63,776 nt of DNA, filler included, from Collodictyon triciliatum (GCA_043381765.1; 11 parts of 11 records of this genome joined end to end with filler, not necessarily neighbours in it), one strand, 5' to 3'; positions 1 through 13,516 are shown, counted from the first letter of the whole stretch. Notes: generated by a model not told the origin, from the sequence alone. Made by a program: numbers and translations.

Positions 1-260
1 AAAGAATAAAAGAAAGAATAAAAGAAAGAATAAAAGAAAGAATAAAAGAAAGAATAAAAGAAAGAATAAAAGAAAGAATAAAAGAAAGAATAAAAGAAAG
101 AATAAAAGAAAGAATAAAAGAAAGAATAAAAGAAAGAATAAAAGAAAGAATAAAAGAAAGAATAAAAGAAAGAATAAAAGAAAGAAAAAAGAATGAAAAG
201 AAAGAAAAGAAAGAAAAGAAAGAAAAAAGATAAAATAAAAAAAGGAAAAAGAAAAAAAAG
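1..260 (+). repeat. (AAAGAATAAAAG)n purine-rich tandem repeat, probably intronic
   Basis: Perfect 12-nt unit repeated from base 1 to about 185, decaying into A/G runs up to about 260. Confidence 0.95.
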
Positions 261-282
261 GAATATTTAGGTACGCACATAC

Positions 283-375
283 CGTTTTCTTCATGCCATA
301 CAGGGCCATTGCCTCTCCTTTGTATTCCTTACTTCCTTCCTTATTATTCTCCATTCCTTTGACAGCAAGATCCAT
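283..375 (-). CDS. Putative first exon of an unknown gene (MDLAVKGMENNKEGSKEYKGEAMALYGMKKT)
   Basis: ATG at 375 opens 31 codons ending exactly at a GTATGT donor (282), followed on the minus strand by a pyrimidine-rich repeat. No family recognised. Confidence 0.35.
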
Positions 376-481
376 GTCCACTCAAGACTTTTGTTCCAGG
401 CGGAGCTGCAGAAGCGATCGGATTTGCTTCAAACAAAGCAGCAGAGCAGCGAAAAGGAAGCTTCATTGTTTCGGGGGTGGG

Positions 482-3400
482 ATGCGTTCCGGCTTACTTC
501 TCGTTTGTCTTTATGATTTATCCCCCTTTTCTTTCAAAGTCTATTGCAGTGACGTTACTTGAATGCGTGTGGGTTGTGACACTGTATAAAACACGCCATG
601 TTCGGTGGACACACCCATCGTCTTCTTTCATATCATGATACCTTTGCCTTGCATAACAGCGACTCTTTTTTTCCTTTTCTTTTTTCTTGTCACAGCTTCT
701 CATCATAGTTTTATATGCACCGCTCGGCAGTGTAGCAGGTTTTCTCCATAAAACAAAACAAAACAAAACAAAACAAAACAAAACAAAACAAAACAAAACA
801 AAACAAAACAAAACAAAACAAAACAAAACCAATAACAAAACCAATAACAAAACCAATAACAAAACCAATAACAAAACCAATAACAAAACCAATAACAAAA
901 CCAATAACAAAACCAATAACAAAACCAATAACAAAAACAAAACATAACAAAACAAAAATATAAAAAAGATAAAATACAACATATTGCAATTCTATATTTT
1001 AATGTAATCACACATATTTCTTAAAATCGTACCATTCAGCTCGTACAGATGGAACATGCGCTACTTACAACATGAAAACATGCCAAGGAGTCTTTTCGAC
1101 GCCTGTTTTTATACCACAGAGTACTTTTCGAAAGACTTTATTTTTTTTATTTTATTATATATATGAAGCTCGAGTCTTATCTTTTAAATTATCTTTATTC
1201 TTGTTTAGACAAAACCCTCAACGAAATCGAGGACGAGCTGATATCTAAACAAGAAATGTCAGCATATGTTTCGTACTCAAGCGTTCAATGTTACAAGGTA
1301 CACTATATCAACATGATACATATATATATATATCTCTATAAACAAGTGTGTTGTAAGCACTAGACGTTTGTGTATATATTTAATAATTAGTCATGCATTC
1401 ATTCATTTATTTATTTCCTGTGATCATTTGATGAGTTTTGCATGCACTTTTCTTATGATCAAAAGGGATTGCTGATTTATCACTGCGGAGTTAACCTGGT
1501 TTCCTGTGACAGTTCGACCGGGGTTGTAAGGACATCGCCGATATGCCTGTGAGATTAGCCTTTTGAACTATGAATAACGTGTCATACTTTGAATCAAATA
1601 CTACGGGTAAAGTGAATACGATATGTTGGATCAGATTAGAAATAATTCATAAAAATAAAAATAAAGTAAAATGAGTAAAAAATATTGAAAACAAAAGAAA
1701 CAAAAGAAAGAAAAGAAAGAAAAGAAAGAAAAGAATAGAAAAGAATAGAAAAGAATAGAAAAGAATAGAAAAGAATAGAAAAGAATAGAAAAGAATAGAA
1801 AAGAATAGAAAAGAATAGAAAAGAAAAATAACAACCTACAACATTCAAAATGAAGAATATAATCGTGTCTCCAGGCATCAGATTTGTTATTGGAATGATA
1901 AGAACATGAATCAGGAAAATTCGTGTTTTTTTTTTTGAGGATAAGCGTAGGTTCATTTGATTTGATTTCATTTCTCTATGTCAAGGTCACAATGCGTCGC
2001 ATTCAAAAGTGTCTGCGGGCCACTACTTCAGGATATAGGATATGATTTTGACTGTGATGAGTCTCAGCTATCTATAGGATCGGAATGCAAGAATATAACT
2101 ATATCAGGGACAAGTACTTCTTATTTTACATCACTTTTTATTTTATTGTTATTTTAAAAAAGATAAACAAATAATACATCACTAGACACTTAAATAAAAT
2201 CCCATGGATTGTCGGTTATGCCGTGGAATATACGAACCAAAAGGGTCAATCAAAAACACTAACATATCACATTCCAGTTGACATACCGAAATGTCCTGAG
2301 CCGAGTCTTCTAACCAGAAAAGACAACCAATCTCCCTGCCAGGCTCGATGTGATGTGGAGTATTACTCAGACCATTACGTACTTTTCATTCATGGCACAA
2401 TTATACATACTCATCGACTTACGACTTGGTCATGCAAGCATATTTCCATTCTTTATTTCTTTTTTTTTAAATAAATATATACATAATTGATGGTAATTAT
2501 TCAGTCGGATGGCGTTTCATTTGCTCTTATCCAAATGCTTAGCATCAGACACTGTATGATTTCGACATCACCATGTCTGTGATATCTTTGGTTAGCTCCG
2601 GATTTGTTTTTACAACGTGGATACTCTTTCGTCACAAACGCACATTCCCGAATTCCATGGTTCGATTATAAACATCATTTTTTTTTTTGGTTTGATGATA
2701 CAACTAATGTAATTCAATTAAATACACACCAGACTTCTTTTTTTTCTAAAAATAAAATAAAATAAAATAAAATAAAATAAAATAAAATAAAATAAAATAA
2801 AATAAAATAAAATAAAATAAAATAAAATAAAATAAAATAAAATAAAATAAAATACTACACTTTTTCTTAGGAGCTATCATTTCTGATTTTCGACCGTCAT
2901 GAATATATTTAACTATTGCAAGTTCATGTTGTATTTATTTCTTGATAGATTGGATACCTTGCAATATGTTCTGTCGGCATTGCGAGTGGGTTTCTCATGA
3001 AGATGCTCCCGTCGAATGAAGTATCTTGTGTAGATACAGTGACTAAAGGTTAAATTAACTATTTCATTTCTTTTCATTTCTTTTCTTTGAAATGTAGAGC
3101 GTTGGCGATATATATCGATGATTCAACTTGTACTAATAAAAGAACACATTAGCCACTGGACAGCTTCCGTTATGTTTTTTGCAGGGTCTTGTATTACTAT
3201 CATATTTTTTTTATTTAAAAAAAACCACCATTCCATTCAATTTTAAATCAAAATTATAAACCTATTAATGGTCTATAATAAGCCATCCATGTTGTCGACT
3301 GGACACTAAATATATATATATATTCACGCATATGACAGGGATTATTCTACATTATTTCCCATTGTCACTTGCGTGCTGGTGGTTATGCGTGGCAGTCAAT

Positions 3401-5704
3401 ATACATCAAATGGTTGTCTTTGAGAACAAAAAGTAAAAAAAGAAAAAAGAAAAAAGTGCAATTAAATAAGTATAAATACAAGTAAACTAAAACCTCATGC
3501 ATTATAACAAAACTGTATACAATACGAAGGCAATGTTTTTATACCTTTTCATCTAAATAGCAGCTAATTCATTTTATGCTCACCATCGCTCTCTGCAGTC
3601 CCAAAAGGCTGCTCAAGTACTACCACTGCTTTGCTTGGGGATTTCCAGCCTTATTGGTCTCCATTGCAAGCTTTGGACAATCTTACGCGTACAAAACAGA
3701 CGCTTTCCCAATGTAATTTATTATTATTATTATTATCATTGTAATTTAAAAAAATTAGAGCTATTTGATTGGGCACTACAGAAAATATTAATACATTATA
3801 CTCATTTCTAAAATTATCACTTTTGGATTAAACGGATATATACTACCTGCTTATATATATGTATGTATATGAAAACTGGATACAGTTGCACTCTGGATAC
3901 TTCCGAAAAGTTGAATGGATTGTTTCTCACATGGGTTTTTGTGTTTGGGTCCATAGGATTGCTTCTGATTACACATGTATCTTTTCGAATATATAAGGTA
4001 TAAAGTGTATATGACGTTGTTTCAAAACATGAAAACGATTTAATTTGCATGCATTTTTTATCATTTTTTTTCTTTCAAGCCATCCTACACTTCTGTTTTG
4101 CTTTCGAGTGTTTATATTCTTTTCTTTTAAACCTTCATTAACCAATTTGTTTATCTATTTACTTTTTTCTTTTTCTTTCATTCATTCATTCATATCATTA
4201 TTATTTTAATCCAGACATTCAGATCAGTGGCAAACTCGGTCAGCGACGGGTCAAGGAACTTTCGAGCCCAGGTAAAACAGAGCAAAGTCGAAATACCGTT
4301 TCTATGCTCATCTTTTACAAATCAATTCACATGTTCTCGAGTTACCTGCAAACAAGAAATAATTATGTCTTTTCGTCAGTTTGAGGTGGTTTTTTCTTCT
4401 TCACATTTATGCAAGCTTGTTTCAAATAATACAGTTTCCTTCCGCAACCAACTTACACATCTGAAATAGGCTCGCAGTTTCATCTTTGTGCTGTACTACT
4501 ATGCTATTTTCTTCTCTCTGCTAATCATGACATACTTCTACAGAGAACACAAGGTTTTTTTCCCCTTACATATGCCTATATGACTAAACGTGGTTAGAGA
4601 ATCCGTTCGATGTCCTTTCTTTACCATACCATTCTTTCCTTATCGAACATCCCTTCAAGTCCTGCATACATGAAATATATATAATGCAAATCCTTTTTTT
4701 TTCTTTTTCACAGATATATTATTTCCACCTGCTGCATTTAACTCAGCAATATTGTTATCTTTGTAGGTATTGTTTTGTTCATCTGCNNNNNNNNNNNNNN
4801 NNNNNNNNNNNNNNNNNNNNNNNNNNNNNNNNNNNNNNNNNNNNNNNNNNNNNNNNNNNNNNNNNNNNNNNNNNNNNNNNNNNNNNNNNNNNNNNNNNNN
4901 NNNNNNNNNNNNNNNNNNNNNNNNNNNNNNNNNNNNNNNNNNNNNNNNNNNNNNNNNNNNNNNNNNNNNNNNNNNNNNNNNNNNNNNNNNNNNNNNNNNN
5001 NNNNNNNNNNNNNNNNNNNNNNNNNNNNNNNNNNNNNNNNNNNNNNNNNNNNNNNNNNNNNNNNNNNNNNNNNNNNNNNNNNNNNNNNNNNNNNNNNNNN
5101 NNNNNNNNNNNNNNNNNNNNNNNNNNNNNNNNNNNNNNNNNNNNNNNNNNNNNNNNNNNNNNNNNNNNNNNNNNNNNNNNNNNNNNNNNNNNNNNNNNNN
5201 NNNNNNNNNNNNNNNNNNNNNNNNNNNNNNNNNNNNNNNNNNNNNNNNNNNNNNNNNNNNNNNNNNNNNNNNNGTGATTGATTTAGGGTCTTTTGCTTCT
5301 CCTGACGTTCAGCACGACAGAAGACACACTCGCCTGCTGGAAGTATTTCCTGACAAGCGGCAGACTCGATTATGACCCACGGCGTTCTCAGAATCCGGCG
5401 TTTGTAAAGTATGATGACGAGGATGACGCTGATGCTGATGATGATTGCGACAAGCATGGAGATGTGTACTTTGTGGATTGTGCTTTGCAATATATACTAT
5501 GAAAAGAAAAAAAAGAGAGTATATGATTGATTGTTTGAATTCCACTCTTTTCTTTTCCCTGTCACGTCTGATTTCTGTGGCAGGCCATACACAGGAAGCA
5601 AGTTGTCCATCCGACTGGCAAGGCTCTTCCGCCCACAGCAGAGCCCGGACCAGGTAGAATTAAGCAGCATGCACACGGACTCCAGCAGAAGCTCCAGCTT
5701 TTAA
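482..5704 (+). CDS. Frizzled/Smoothened-like 7TM receptor with N-terminal cysteine-rich domain (multi-exon, one internal N gap)
   Basis: Spliced translation gives a signal peptide MRSGLLL|LLIIVLYAPLGSVA. The CRD reads DGTCATYNMKTCQGVF..VQCYK|GLLIYHCGVNLVSC..PICL|SQCVAFKSVCGPLL..FDC..SEC (10 Cys), then linker KCPEP..PCQARC. TM region: MSVISLVSSGFVFTTWILFRHKRTFPNS, LCFLQGIILHYFPLSLACWWLCVA, YYHCFAWGFPALLV, GLLLLLTFSTTEDTLACW. GT-AG junctions are in phase. Start and stop exons are less certain. Confidence 0.85.
750..945 (+). repeat. Compound intronic microsatellite (AAAAC)n followed by (AAAACCAATAAC)n
   Basis: Tandem units read directly; lies between exons 2 and 3 of the receptor gene. Confidence 0.95.
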
Positions 5705-6333
5705 AATCACGTCACCGGACCATGCAAAAGATATAAGAATAATAATAAGAATAAAAAGGAAAGAGGGCCTAACAAGAATCACAACTTATACCGCACAGCT
5801 TTGGCAAGTGATTATGCACAACACATATAGAAAAAGAATATATCTTTTCAAAAAAAAAAATAATTAAATAAAGTTAAAATAATCTAAATTGAATGAAGAC
5901 TTTAACTACACATTTCAAGGAATAGTAGTTTTTTTTTTCTTGTTATATTTTCTCTCTCGTTTGGAATAAAGTCTGGAAAAGAAGAAAAGCATGGAAGAAG
6001 ACAGGAAGTCGACTGCTTTTCCTTGTTGCTTTTTCTTCGAAAGCAGTGATGCACAGGCGCATTAGAGAGGAAGAAGATGACGGTCTTTGCGGGGTCTGTG
6101 CGAAAAATGCTTGCGGATTTCATCGACCACAAGGACGGAGGACGAGACAAAGACAACGAGCGTCATGTCTTCGAGCGACAGAGGCACAGTTGAGAATACA
6201 TACTGGAAAAATGGCACATACACTAATCACAGTTTGCAGAGGCATTTGTTAGAAATGAAAGATGTTGAATACATAGTTTTTTGGTGCTTTAATTAATATT
6301 CGAAAATATAATAAAACAAAAATAAAATCCCCC

Positions 6334-6430
<97 letters not shown>

Positions 6431-6530
6431 NNNNNNNNNNNNNNNNNNNNNNNNNNNNNNNNNNNNNNNNNNNNTTAATTAATTAANNNNNNNNNNNNNN
6501 NNNNNNNNNNNNNNNNNNNNNNNNNNNNNN
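6431..6530. other. Artificial contig spacer N44-TTAATTAATTAA-N44. The 12-mer also starts at 13006, 19538, 26070, 32601, 39134, 45668, 52198, 58769 and 62657
   Basis: Identical six-frame-stop 12-mer embedded in Ns, recurring mostly every 6.53 kb. Confidence 0.97.
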
Positions 6531-6695
6531 TATTTGTTTTTTATTTGTTTTTTATTTGTTTTTTATTTGTTTTTTATTTGTTTTTTATTTGTTTTTTATT
6601 TGTTTTTTATTTGTTTTTTATTTGTTTTTATTTGTTGATTTGTTGATTTGTTGATTTATTAAAAATACATGCTATCATAGTGCTTGATTGATATG

Positions 6696-6833
6696 AGAGA
6701 CCACGAGCGATTGGCCCACCTCCGAAACTTTCTTGCTGATGAACTTGGGTCAGTTCTATCAATTGATTTGATTTGCAGGATAGACTCAGCTTTTGCCGAC
6801 CCGACAATTAAGTGGAAGAAACCCAAAAAGTAG
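6696..6833 (+). CDS. Possible last exon(s) of an unknown gene (DHERLAHLRNFLADELG..IDSAFADPTIKWKKPKK*)
   Basis: Coding-like open frame ending in TAG, convergent with VPS33. The 5' part is lost at the spacer. Confidence 0.3.
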   Translation, partial: RDHERLAHLRNFLADELGSVLSIDLICRIDSAFADPTIKWKKPKK

Positions 6834-7120
6834 AATCAGAGTCGAGTGTCGAAGCTCATCCTTTTAAGAGTAATAAACATGGTCGCGCATTTTCACCCCA
6901 ACACAAAACTTTGCTCTATTATTTAATGAGCCCCGTATTCATTTTGCAAAGTACTTTTTTTTTCATGATTTTTGTTGTAAGCTACACTCTTGGTTTATGG
7001 CTTTTGTTTTTCAGCTTTTTCGGTTGAAATCATTTTATTGTCATAGTTTTCTTGTAGGGCTTTTAGATGGGCGATGCAGACCTGTCCCACTGGAGAATGT
7101 TGAGTCTTATCAATCCAATT

Positions 7121-10100
7121 TTACTCTGCGTTAACATTCGCCAGGAAGGGTTCCAAGAATGACTCTCCATTAATCAATTTTGTCGAAGCAATAATGTAAT
7201 CGCGACGAACAGGCCCTGATTAGGATATGAAGTCATATTTTGATAATATTATTTAAACTTTGCTTGACAGTTTGTTGGTTTCGGGGGGGTGCACTCACCA
7301 TCCTCTTGAATCTTTTCCAAAAAGCGCAGACATGAAATCTCTGCGTGAGTCACTCCTCCGATAAAGTAGACAAGGACAACAGAATTCCTTTGCTGTGTTT
7401 GTTCTTCAGGGCGAAAAGACGATAAATAAAAACAACCGATTAAAAAGAATGGCATTAGATTTTTTTTTAAAAAAAAAGAATTGTAACATTGCCAAATTAA
7501 TCTTTATCATAATTGAAGGGCTTGCGCTTCTTTATCCATATACTTCTACTGACGAGGCTGGCTATTTATCTCAATTAACAATCATACTGCCTTCTCTTGT
7601 GGCTGATGGCAGCTGTTGACTCTCCTCGAATAGCGGTCCGGGAAAGCACCGTAGAGCTTCATCCACTTGCTTAAATCCTCCAGTTCTTAGTGCAGCTTGG
7701 ACGAATCGACAGCTAATAGGAGCATATCTAATAATACAAGATTTGGTGATAGTTAAAAAAATGCAAAATCTTAAAGTCTTTGGTAAAAAATGAAGTTGGT
7801 AAATTTCAGACAAAAGGTCAAACTTGATAATGAAAATGTTTTTTTTTTTATCTTCCTTTCAATTTTGTGCAGGATGGTGAAGATGTCGGCTTGATAATGA
7901 AAATGAGAGTGAAAATGAAACTAATAACAAATGCATTCAGATATGATATGGCTAGATTGGAGAAACAAACCCAGCAAAAGCATATGATATATCTTTCTCC
8001 TCTTCCTCCCCTTCAACTAATTTTTTTATATATAAAAAACAAGACAATTATTAGATTAACGCAAATTAATCTTAAAACACATGTAAATATATAAGTTGAA
8101 ATATAAGTTAAATATTTCTCGAGCCCGAGACTAAAACCTGGAATAATAATGACAATAAGAAAACTGTTTAAATATAATCTTGTATATTAAACGTACCCCA
8201 TAGTTTCAGACCTTTGCGAGCAGTATTCCAATTGGAGCGGACCTAGGTGTCGAAATACATTCAACAGAAGCATAGTATCATTCAAATTAGATCAAAGGTT
8301 GTATTTGCAATTGGATAGTTGGCTGCTCATTCGCGGTTCAAGAGTGTGATACCTCATTCTTTTTTAACAATCCAGCCTTCTCGAGATTAGTGAGAGTAAA
8401 CATGTGATGGTATCCATAGGCCTAATATTATTACTACTTTTAAGATAAAATGGGAGTGATTATGACTGCGCACTAGCGATTATTTTAACTATAAAAAACC
8501 CCCCAATTCGTTTATAGTTAAGACGACGTATACTTGAAGGAAATCGCGTCGTATGCTATCAAACGCCTTTTGTTTGAACCCGTTATTAGTTAGGGAGTAT
8601 AGACAGAGTAGGCGCAAAACTCTGGCTATTGGCTCTTGTCGGTGGATACAGTCCTCTAGGTACTCTATTGATGCCTCGTTTCCAGAAACCATGCCTGTGA
8701 GATGTTTTGGAAGAAAAATAAAAATGTTTGTCAAAATAGAGAAGACGCATGAGTCCACAAGAGAAATCGACCTTGTTATTATCTATTTTATTTATCTATT
8801 TATTTATTTTTATCAATTTCTGCAAGATGGTTGTGATTTTGGCTTTGGGGCTATTGACTTTCATTATTTTATTACGCATATACAAACATTGTTCCTGCTC
8901 CAACCGGTAATGGAATGTGCTCTCTTTTGTAATTCCCATGATTTTGTCAGCAATCGATGTATCTAAATATTAAAGCGATACAACTATATTTAATGCTTAA
9001 AAGGATTTCACCAAGAGGAAATTTATTTTAAACAAGGAATAATAATCAAAAAATGCATCGAAATTCGATTATTACGCAGCCCCAAAGATTGATGGTCTTG
9101 TTTCAGAGTTGGAAGCTTTTNNNNNNNNNNNNNNNNNNNNNNNNNNNNNNNNNNNNNNNNNNNNNNNNNNNNNNNNNNNNNNNNNNNNNNNNNNNNNNNN
9201 NNNNNNNNNNNNNNNNNNNNNNNNNNNNNNNNNNNNNNNNNNNNNNNNNNNNNNNNNNNNNNNNNNNNNNNNNNNNNNNNNNNNNNNNNNNNNNNNNNNN
9301 NNNNNNNNNNNNNNNNNNNNNNNNNNNNNNNNNNNNNNNNNNNNNNNNNNNNNNNNNNNNNNNNNNNNNNNNNNNNNNNNNNNNNNNNNNNNNNNNNNNN
9401 NNNNNNNNNNNNNNNNNNNNNNNNNNNNNNNNNNNNNNNNNNNNNNNNNNNNNNNNNNNNNNNNNNNNNNNNNNNNNNNNNNNNNNNNNNNNNNNNNNNN
9501 NNNNNNGCTTTTTTGCTCAATTCTGGTCCAACTTTGCTAAAGCTAAGGTCCCGTATCTAATGTATTTGGATGTATCGTATCAATATAAAAAATTAGAGAG
9601 GATTTCTTTCATCAAGGCCATAACCTCAGAGTAAAGTCTGTCGTTTGAGTTTAAGGGGATTTTAATCTTCTTCTGGCCTGGCTTGGGTTGTATGCCCAAA
9701 TCTTCGGGATCCATATCAACGAAGCCTATAACATAGATGCGGCAAGATAGCATATGTTAAAATATAAGTCTGCAGGAATTATAAGCTCCTCAGAATTACA
9801 AACAAATGAAAAAAATCTACTGAATGCCAATTATAATCATCAATTGGATTCATTACCGTTATTCTTTTTAAAAATTTCATCAATCAATCCCTCATATGTA
9901 AGTTGAGTCATCATCGGCGTCACAAGGTCGATTTCTCTGTCGACAAGAATGAGTGTATCTATTTCTGATGTATGATTCAAGTCATCGGATCCCATTTCTT
10001 TCCGCATCCGCATTATCATATCCAGAACTAGCTATTAGAATACGATGTTGCTTCGTATTAAAAGATAATTTCATTACATGTGATATGGCCGATAAAGAAA

Positions 10101-11510
10101 CGCACCCTTGCTGACGTTCCTTTTCCTTTAATATTGGGAATCAACCCAAAAGTCGATTGTATCTTCATAAGAGACTGCGCCACGTGATGAAGTGATGTCC
10201 TGTCTCCATCCTAGGAGATAAAATGCATTAACTATTGTTGGAAAGAAATACAACAATATGCGTACACGCTAACTGTTACAGGAAATTTGATAAGAAAATT
10301 GCTTAAGCAAAGCATATGTGTTTATTTGTTGGTTGGTTGGTTGTTGTTTTTTTTAGAAGAAGAAAAAGGGAATGGTGAAAAAACGATGATATCCGCAACT
10401 GAATCCATTTATCCCATTATATATCCGACACCTTTGAATGGTTTGATTTGAATTATCGGTGAATATTTTGAATACCAAAGTGCAGTCTCTATAGCTTGAC
10501 TCCAATTCCAACGAAAGAACATCGTCATCGAAGGGGATCAAATCCAGTTGGTAATCAGCTATGTTGATATCTGAAGGGAGGGAAAATATGATTGAACAAA
10601 ATAGGATGGTATAATCATTCGAAAGGTTTCTTTAAAAAAAAATCCCTAAATAGAATGAGTTCATAAAGTAGCAAAGTATAAATTGACCTCCAAAGACACC
10701 CTCCTCTTCCAGCACACTTTTACACAGTAAGGTCTGGCGCGGTACAAATGCCACGGTGTAGATTTTTGAGGGGTCGCTCTTTTGATTTTGTTGAATATGC
10801 TGGGCGATGTATTTCATATAGGCAATCTTTGGGCGAACGATGTAGACCAAACTTTTGCATTCAGTCTCCAGGGGCTCCGGTCCAAGTAGATAAATCTTCT
10901 CGACGCCATGGTCCTAACCATATTTTATCGTGCATACCCAATTAAGTGATGTTGTATAATGAAGGTGCGGAAAGGAATAGAAAATATTCCAGGGAGTTAA
11001 AATAGGACAATTTCACGGTGTGATTATGGAAAGAGGTGTAACCTTTAACATGGATACTTCAGCAATGAGGCCTAGAGGTCCTGATAGCTTGGGGTCGAGA
11101 ACGAGTCCCTTTTTTCCGCGCACCTGTTCGATAAGTATATCGTATTTTAAATGGCCCAGTTACAACTCCCCAAGAGAGGTATTTGGGAGGGAAGGTATGA
11201 CTTTTACGATGGCTACCCTGATATATTACCAACTTTTTACAGCAAAAAAGAAGAGGAAAAAAAGAGGAGGACGAGGAGGAGGAAGATGTGAGTGTGGTTG
11301 GATGAAAAGAATGTATGCCGAATGCAACGTGAACAAGACCTTAGTGTTGGAACCAAGGGTGAAAAAAATTGCACTTACAGAGTCAAGGAGATCCCCAAGA
11401 AGTTTGCGAGAGAAGTTCCGTAGCTCACTGATGGCAATCACTTCATTGGCTAGAGCAGAGGCTCCAGAGGCTGGTGCGGGTGGGGGATTTTGGCTCTGGG
11501 CACCCGACAT
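7121..11510 (-). CDS. VPS33: Vacuolar protein sorting 33 (Sec1/Munc18 family, HOPS/CORVET subunit), multi-exon
   Basis: Exons encode LLDS|VRGKKGLVLDPKLSGPLGLIAE, LVYIVRPK, FVPRQTLLCKSVLEEEGVFG, DLIPFDDDVLSLEL, LILVDREIDLVTPMMTQLTYEGLIDE, RVLRLLCLYSLTNNG, YAPISCRFVQ, VLVYFIGGVTHAEISCLRFL and IIASTKLING, all hallmark Vps33 segments. Confidence 0.95.
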
Positions 11511-13061
11511 CTGTCCCTCTTGTTAGGACAAGGCGGAATAGTATGCGGTTTTCATGGTTGGTGAGAAATCATGCAGACTTCAGAATGACTTAAGTTGAAA
11601 GGAATCAAGAAGGGAATAAGGTGAATGGGATTTGATCGCTCGATCCCACAGAGGTCGTTGGGCTGCTTTTTGGAGAAAGGGGGGAAAGATGCGTCGCTAA
11701 GGAGGTTTGGCGATCAGTCACTAATTTGTTTGAATGGTCTTTCGTTTGACATTTGTTTTTTATTTTTGTTGGTAGGATGTGAGTGAGGCAGGTTCGAACA
11801 GGTTTATCCACCAATGCAGAAAACATTGGTCGATCTGCCGTCTAATTCTCGCGACAAAGAAGCAGCCAGTCGCAGAATGATGCTGGAGGGAGCCCGTATC
11901 GCATCGATTATTTGCGACTGAACCGTCCTTTGGGCTCATCGCCTAGTAGAATGATTATGCTGGACAATCTTTTGGTTTGGCCTTTTGCTGTGATGGCATT
12001 TGACGACCAATCCCTCAATCCCCCTTGAGTCAACCATCAACACCAACTCAAACAGAAATGAAGGAGGTTGGGAGGAGGAGGAAATGACGGGCATTAATAT
12101 GTAATCTGCGAAGAGTTTGACCTCTATTCGAGTTAGTTTATGCGGAGATGCGTACCCTGGCGTGATGATTGCGACGCGGGGTGGAAAAAAATGTGTGTTG
12201 GGATGGGGCTGCTCTACCCTTTCTTTGCCGTTTTGTTCATTTATGGAATATAAAATGAGATTTTTAAAAATACAATATAAATCAATAATAACATTATATA
12301 AGCATAAATACCCGTAGTAACATATAGCTATAATATATATCATGTTATCATATGTCCCCCGTACCGCAGCGAAATGAATTGTGGACGAATGTTTGCCAAA
12401 ATTTACAAAAACTAAAGAATGACCACATGAATTCAATCATTCTGTACAGGAATGGAATAAATATTTGAATCCGCTATTCGAGGGCACTGGAAAGGAAATA
12501 TTTCGGTAGAAAATATTACTATAGACAGATAAAAAAGGGCAAAACTCAGAAAAACTATTTATGGATCTAAACGCATTTTAAAAATGTTTTCCACCTCTCC
12601 TAAAAATGTGTTTGGGACTATAGGCATTTCCCTTCGATTCCGGCCTTCCTTGTGGTTAATTGGGTGTCTTTGTGCATTTCGCTTTGAATCAGACTTTCTC
12701 TCCGCCTCTTCTCCAAGCAACTCCCACGGTCGACGCGCTCTGTCCACCAGGTATGTCTGACCAAAGCCAACCTCACCCAGACAAGCAGAGCAAAGCAAAG
12801 GCAACACCCAATTCTAACAACACGAATCCCCAACTCTCCAGGTCTACAAACCTTCTCTACACCCTCAACCGAAAAACTTAAGCAATGTCCGCACGCGGTA
12901 AGACACAACTTTACAAAACAATATAAAACAAAAAAGAACAAAAGAACAAAAGAACAAAAGANNNNNNNNNNNNNNNNNNNNNNNNNNNNNNNNNNNNNNN
13001 NNNNNTTAATTAATTAANNNNNNNNNNNNNNNNNNNNNNNNNNNNNNNNNNNNNNNNNNNN

Positions 13062-13351
13062 GAGACAACGTCGGTGAGAGACTGACCGCGTGTACGGATG
13101 TGGTTGGAAAACATGCCTTCACGATACTTGTGCTCGTTGGAGTGGGTACTCTCGTTGCTGTTGAGGGTGGGCTCCCGCTTTGTTCCGGTCTGCTCCGGCG
13201 TGTGGGCGGCCGTGGAGGTGGGTCTTTGGAACACAGATGCGGACGCAGACACACTCCCCTGGTGGGAGGACATCTGGTGGGCAGCTTTTTCGGCGATAGC
13301 AGCTTGGCGCGTTACTCTGCGAGTAGCAGATGCGTTTGCCTTTGTTGCCAT
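13062..13351 (-). CDS. 5' end of an unknown low-complexity protein, truncated by the spacer
   Basis: GC-rich open frame from ATG (MATKANASATRRVTRQAAIAEK...) running into Ns. No family recognised. Confidence 0.4.
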
Positions 13352-13516
13352 CGATGTGGTTTTTGTGCAAAATTAAAGAGAGATTTCCCTTGAAATTATA
13401 TAATTCCGATGCAAAGCACGGGCATGAATCCAAATGAAGTATATACCGTGCCAATATACATTTCTTGATTTAAAAATTTGATGAGACCACTCGATACGAA
13501 GATTATGACATCAATT

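Noticed and set aside
1-190. Telomeric repeat at the window start
   Set aside because: The unit is AAAGAATAAAAG, unlike G-rich telomere repeats, and similar arrays occur in introns throughout the window.
518-1011. Low-complexity ORFs (poly-LLV, FCYW, SIYL, HTYI, poly-K/F and similar) here and across the window
   Set aside because: They are translations of microsatellites, homopolymers or N runs, mostly intronic.
4739-4741. In-frame TAA stops (here and at 23009-23011) suggesting a TAR=Gln genetic code
   Set aside because: The TAA at 4739 lies in an intron just before the CTCAG acceptor. The one at 23009 is CAA in the sister LINE copy. VPS33 and OGG1 end in TAA and TAG, and their long exons have no internal TAR.
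6475-6486. Regularly spaced identical 12-mers as a CRISPR-like or biological repeat
   Set aside because: Always embedded in Ns and encoding stops in all six frames, so it is an assembly linker.
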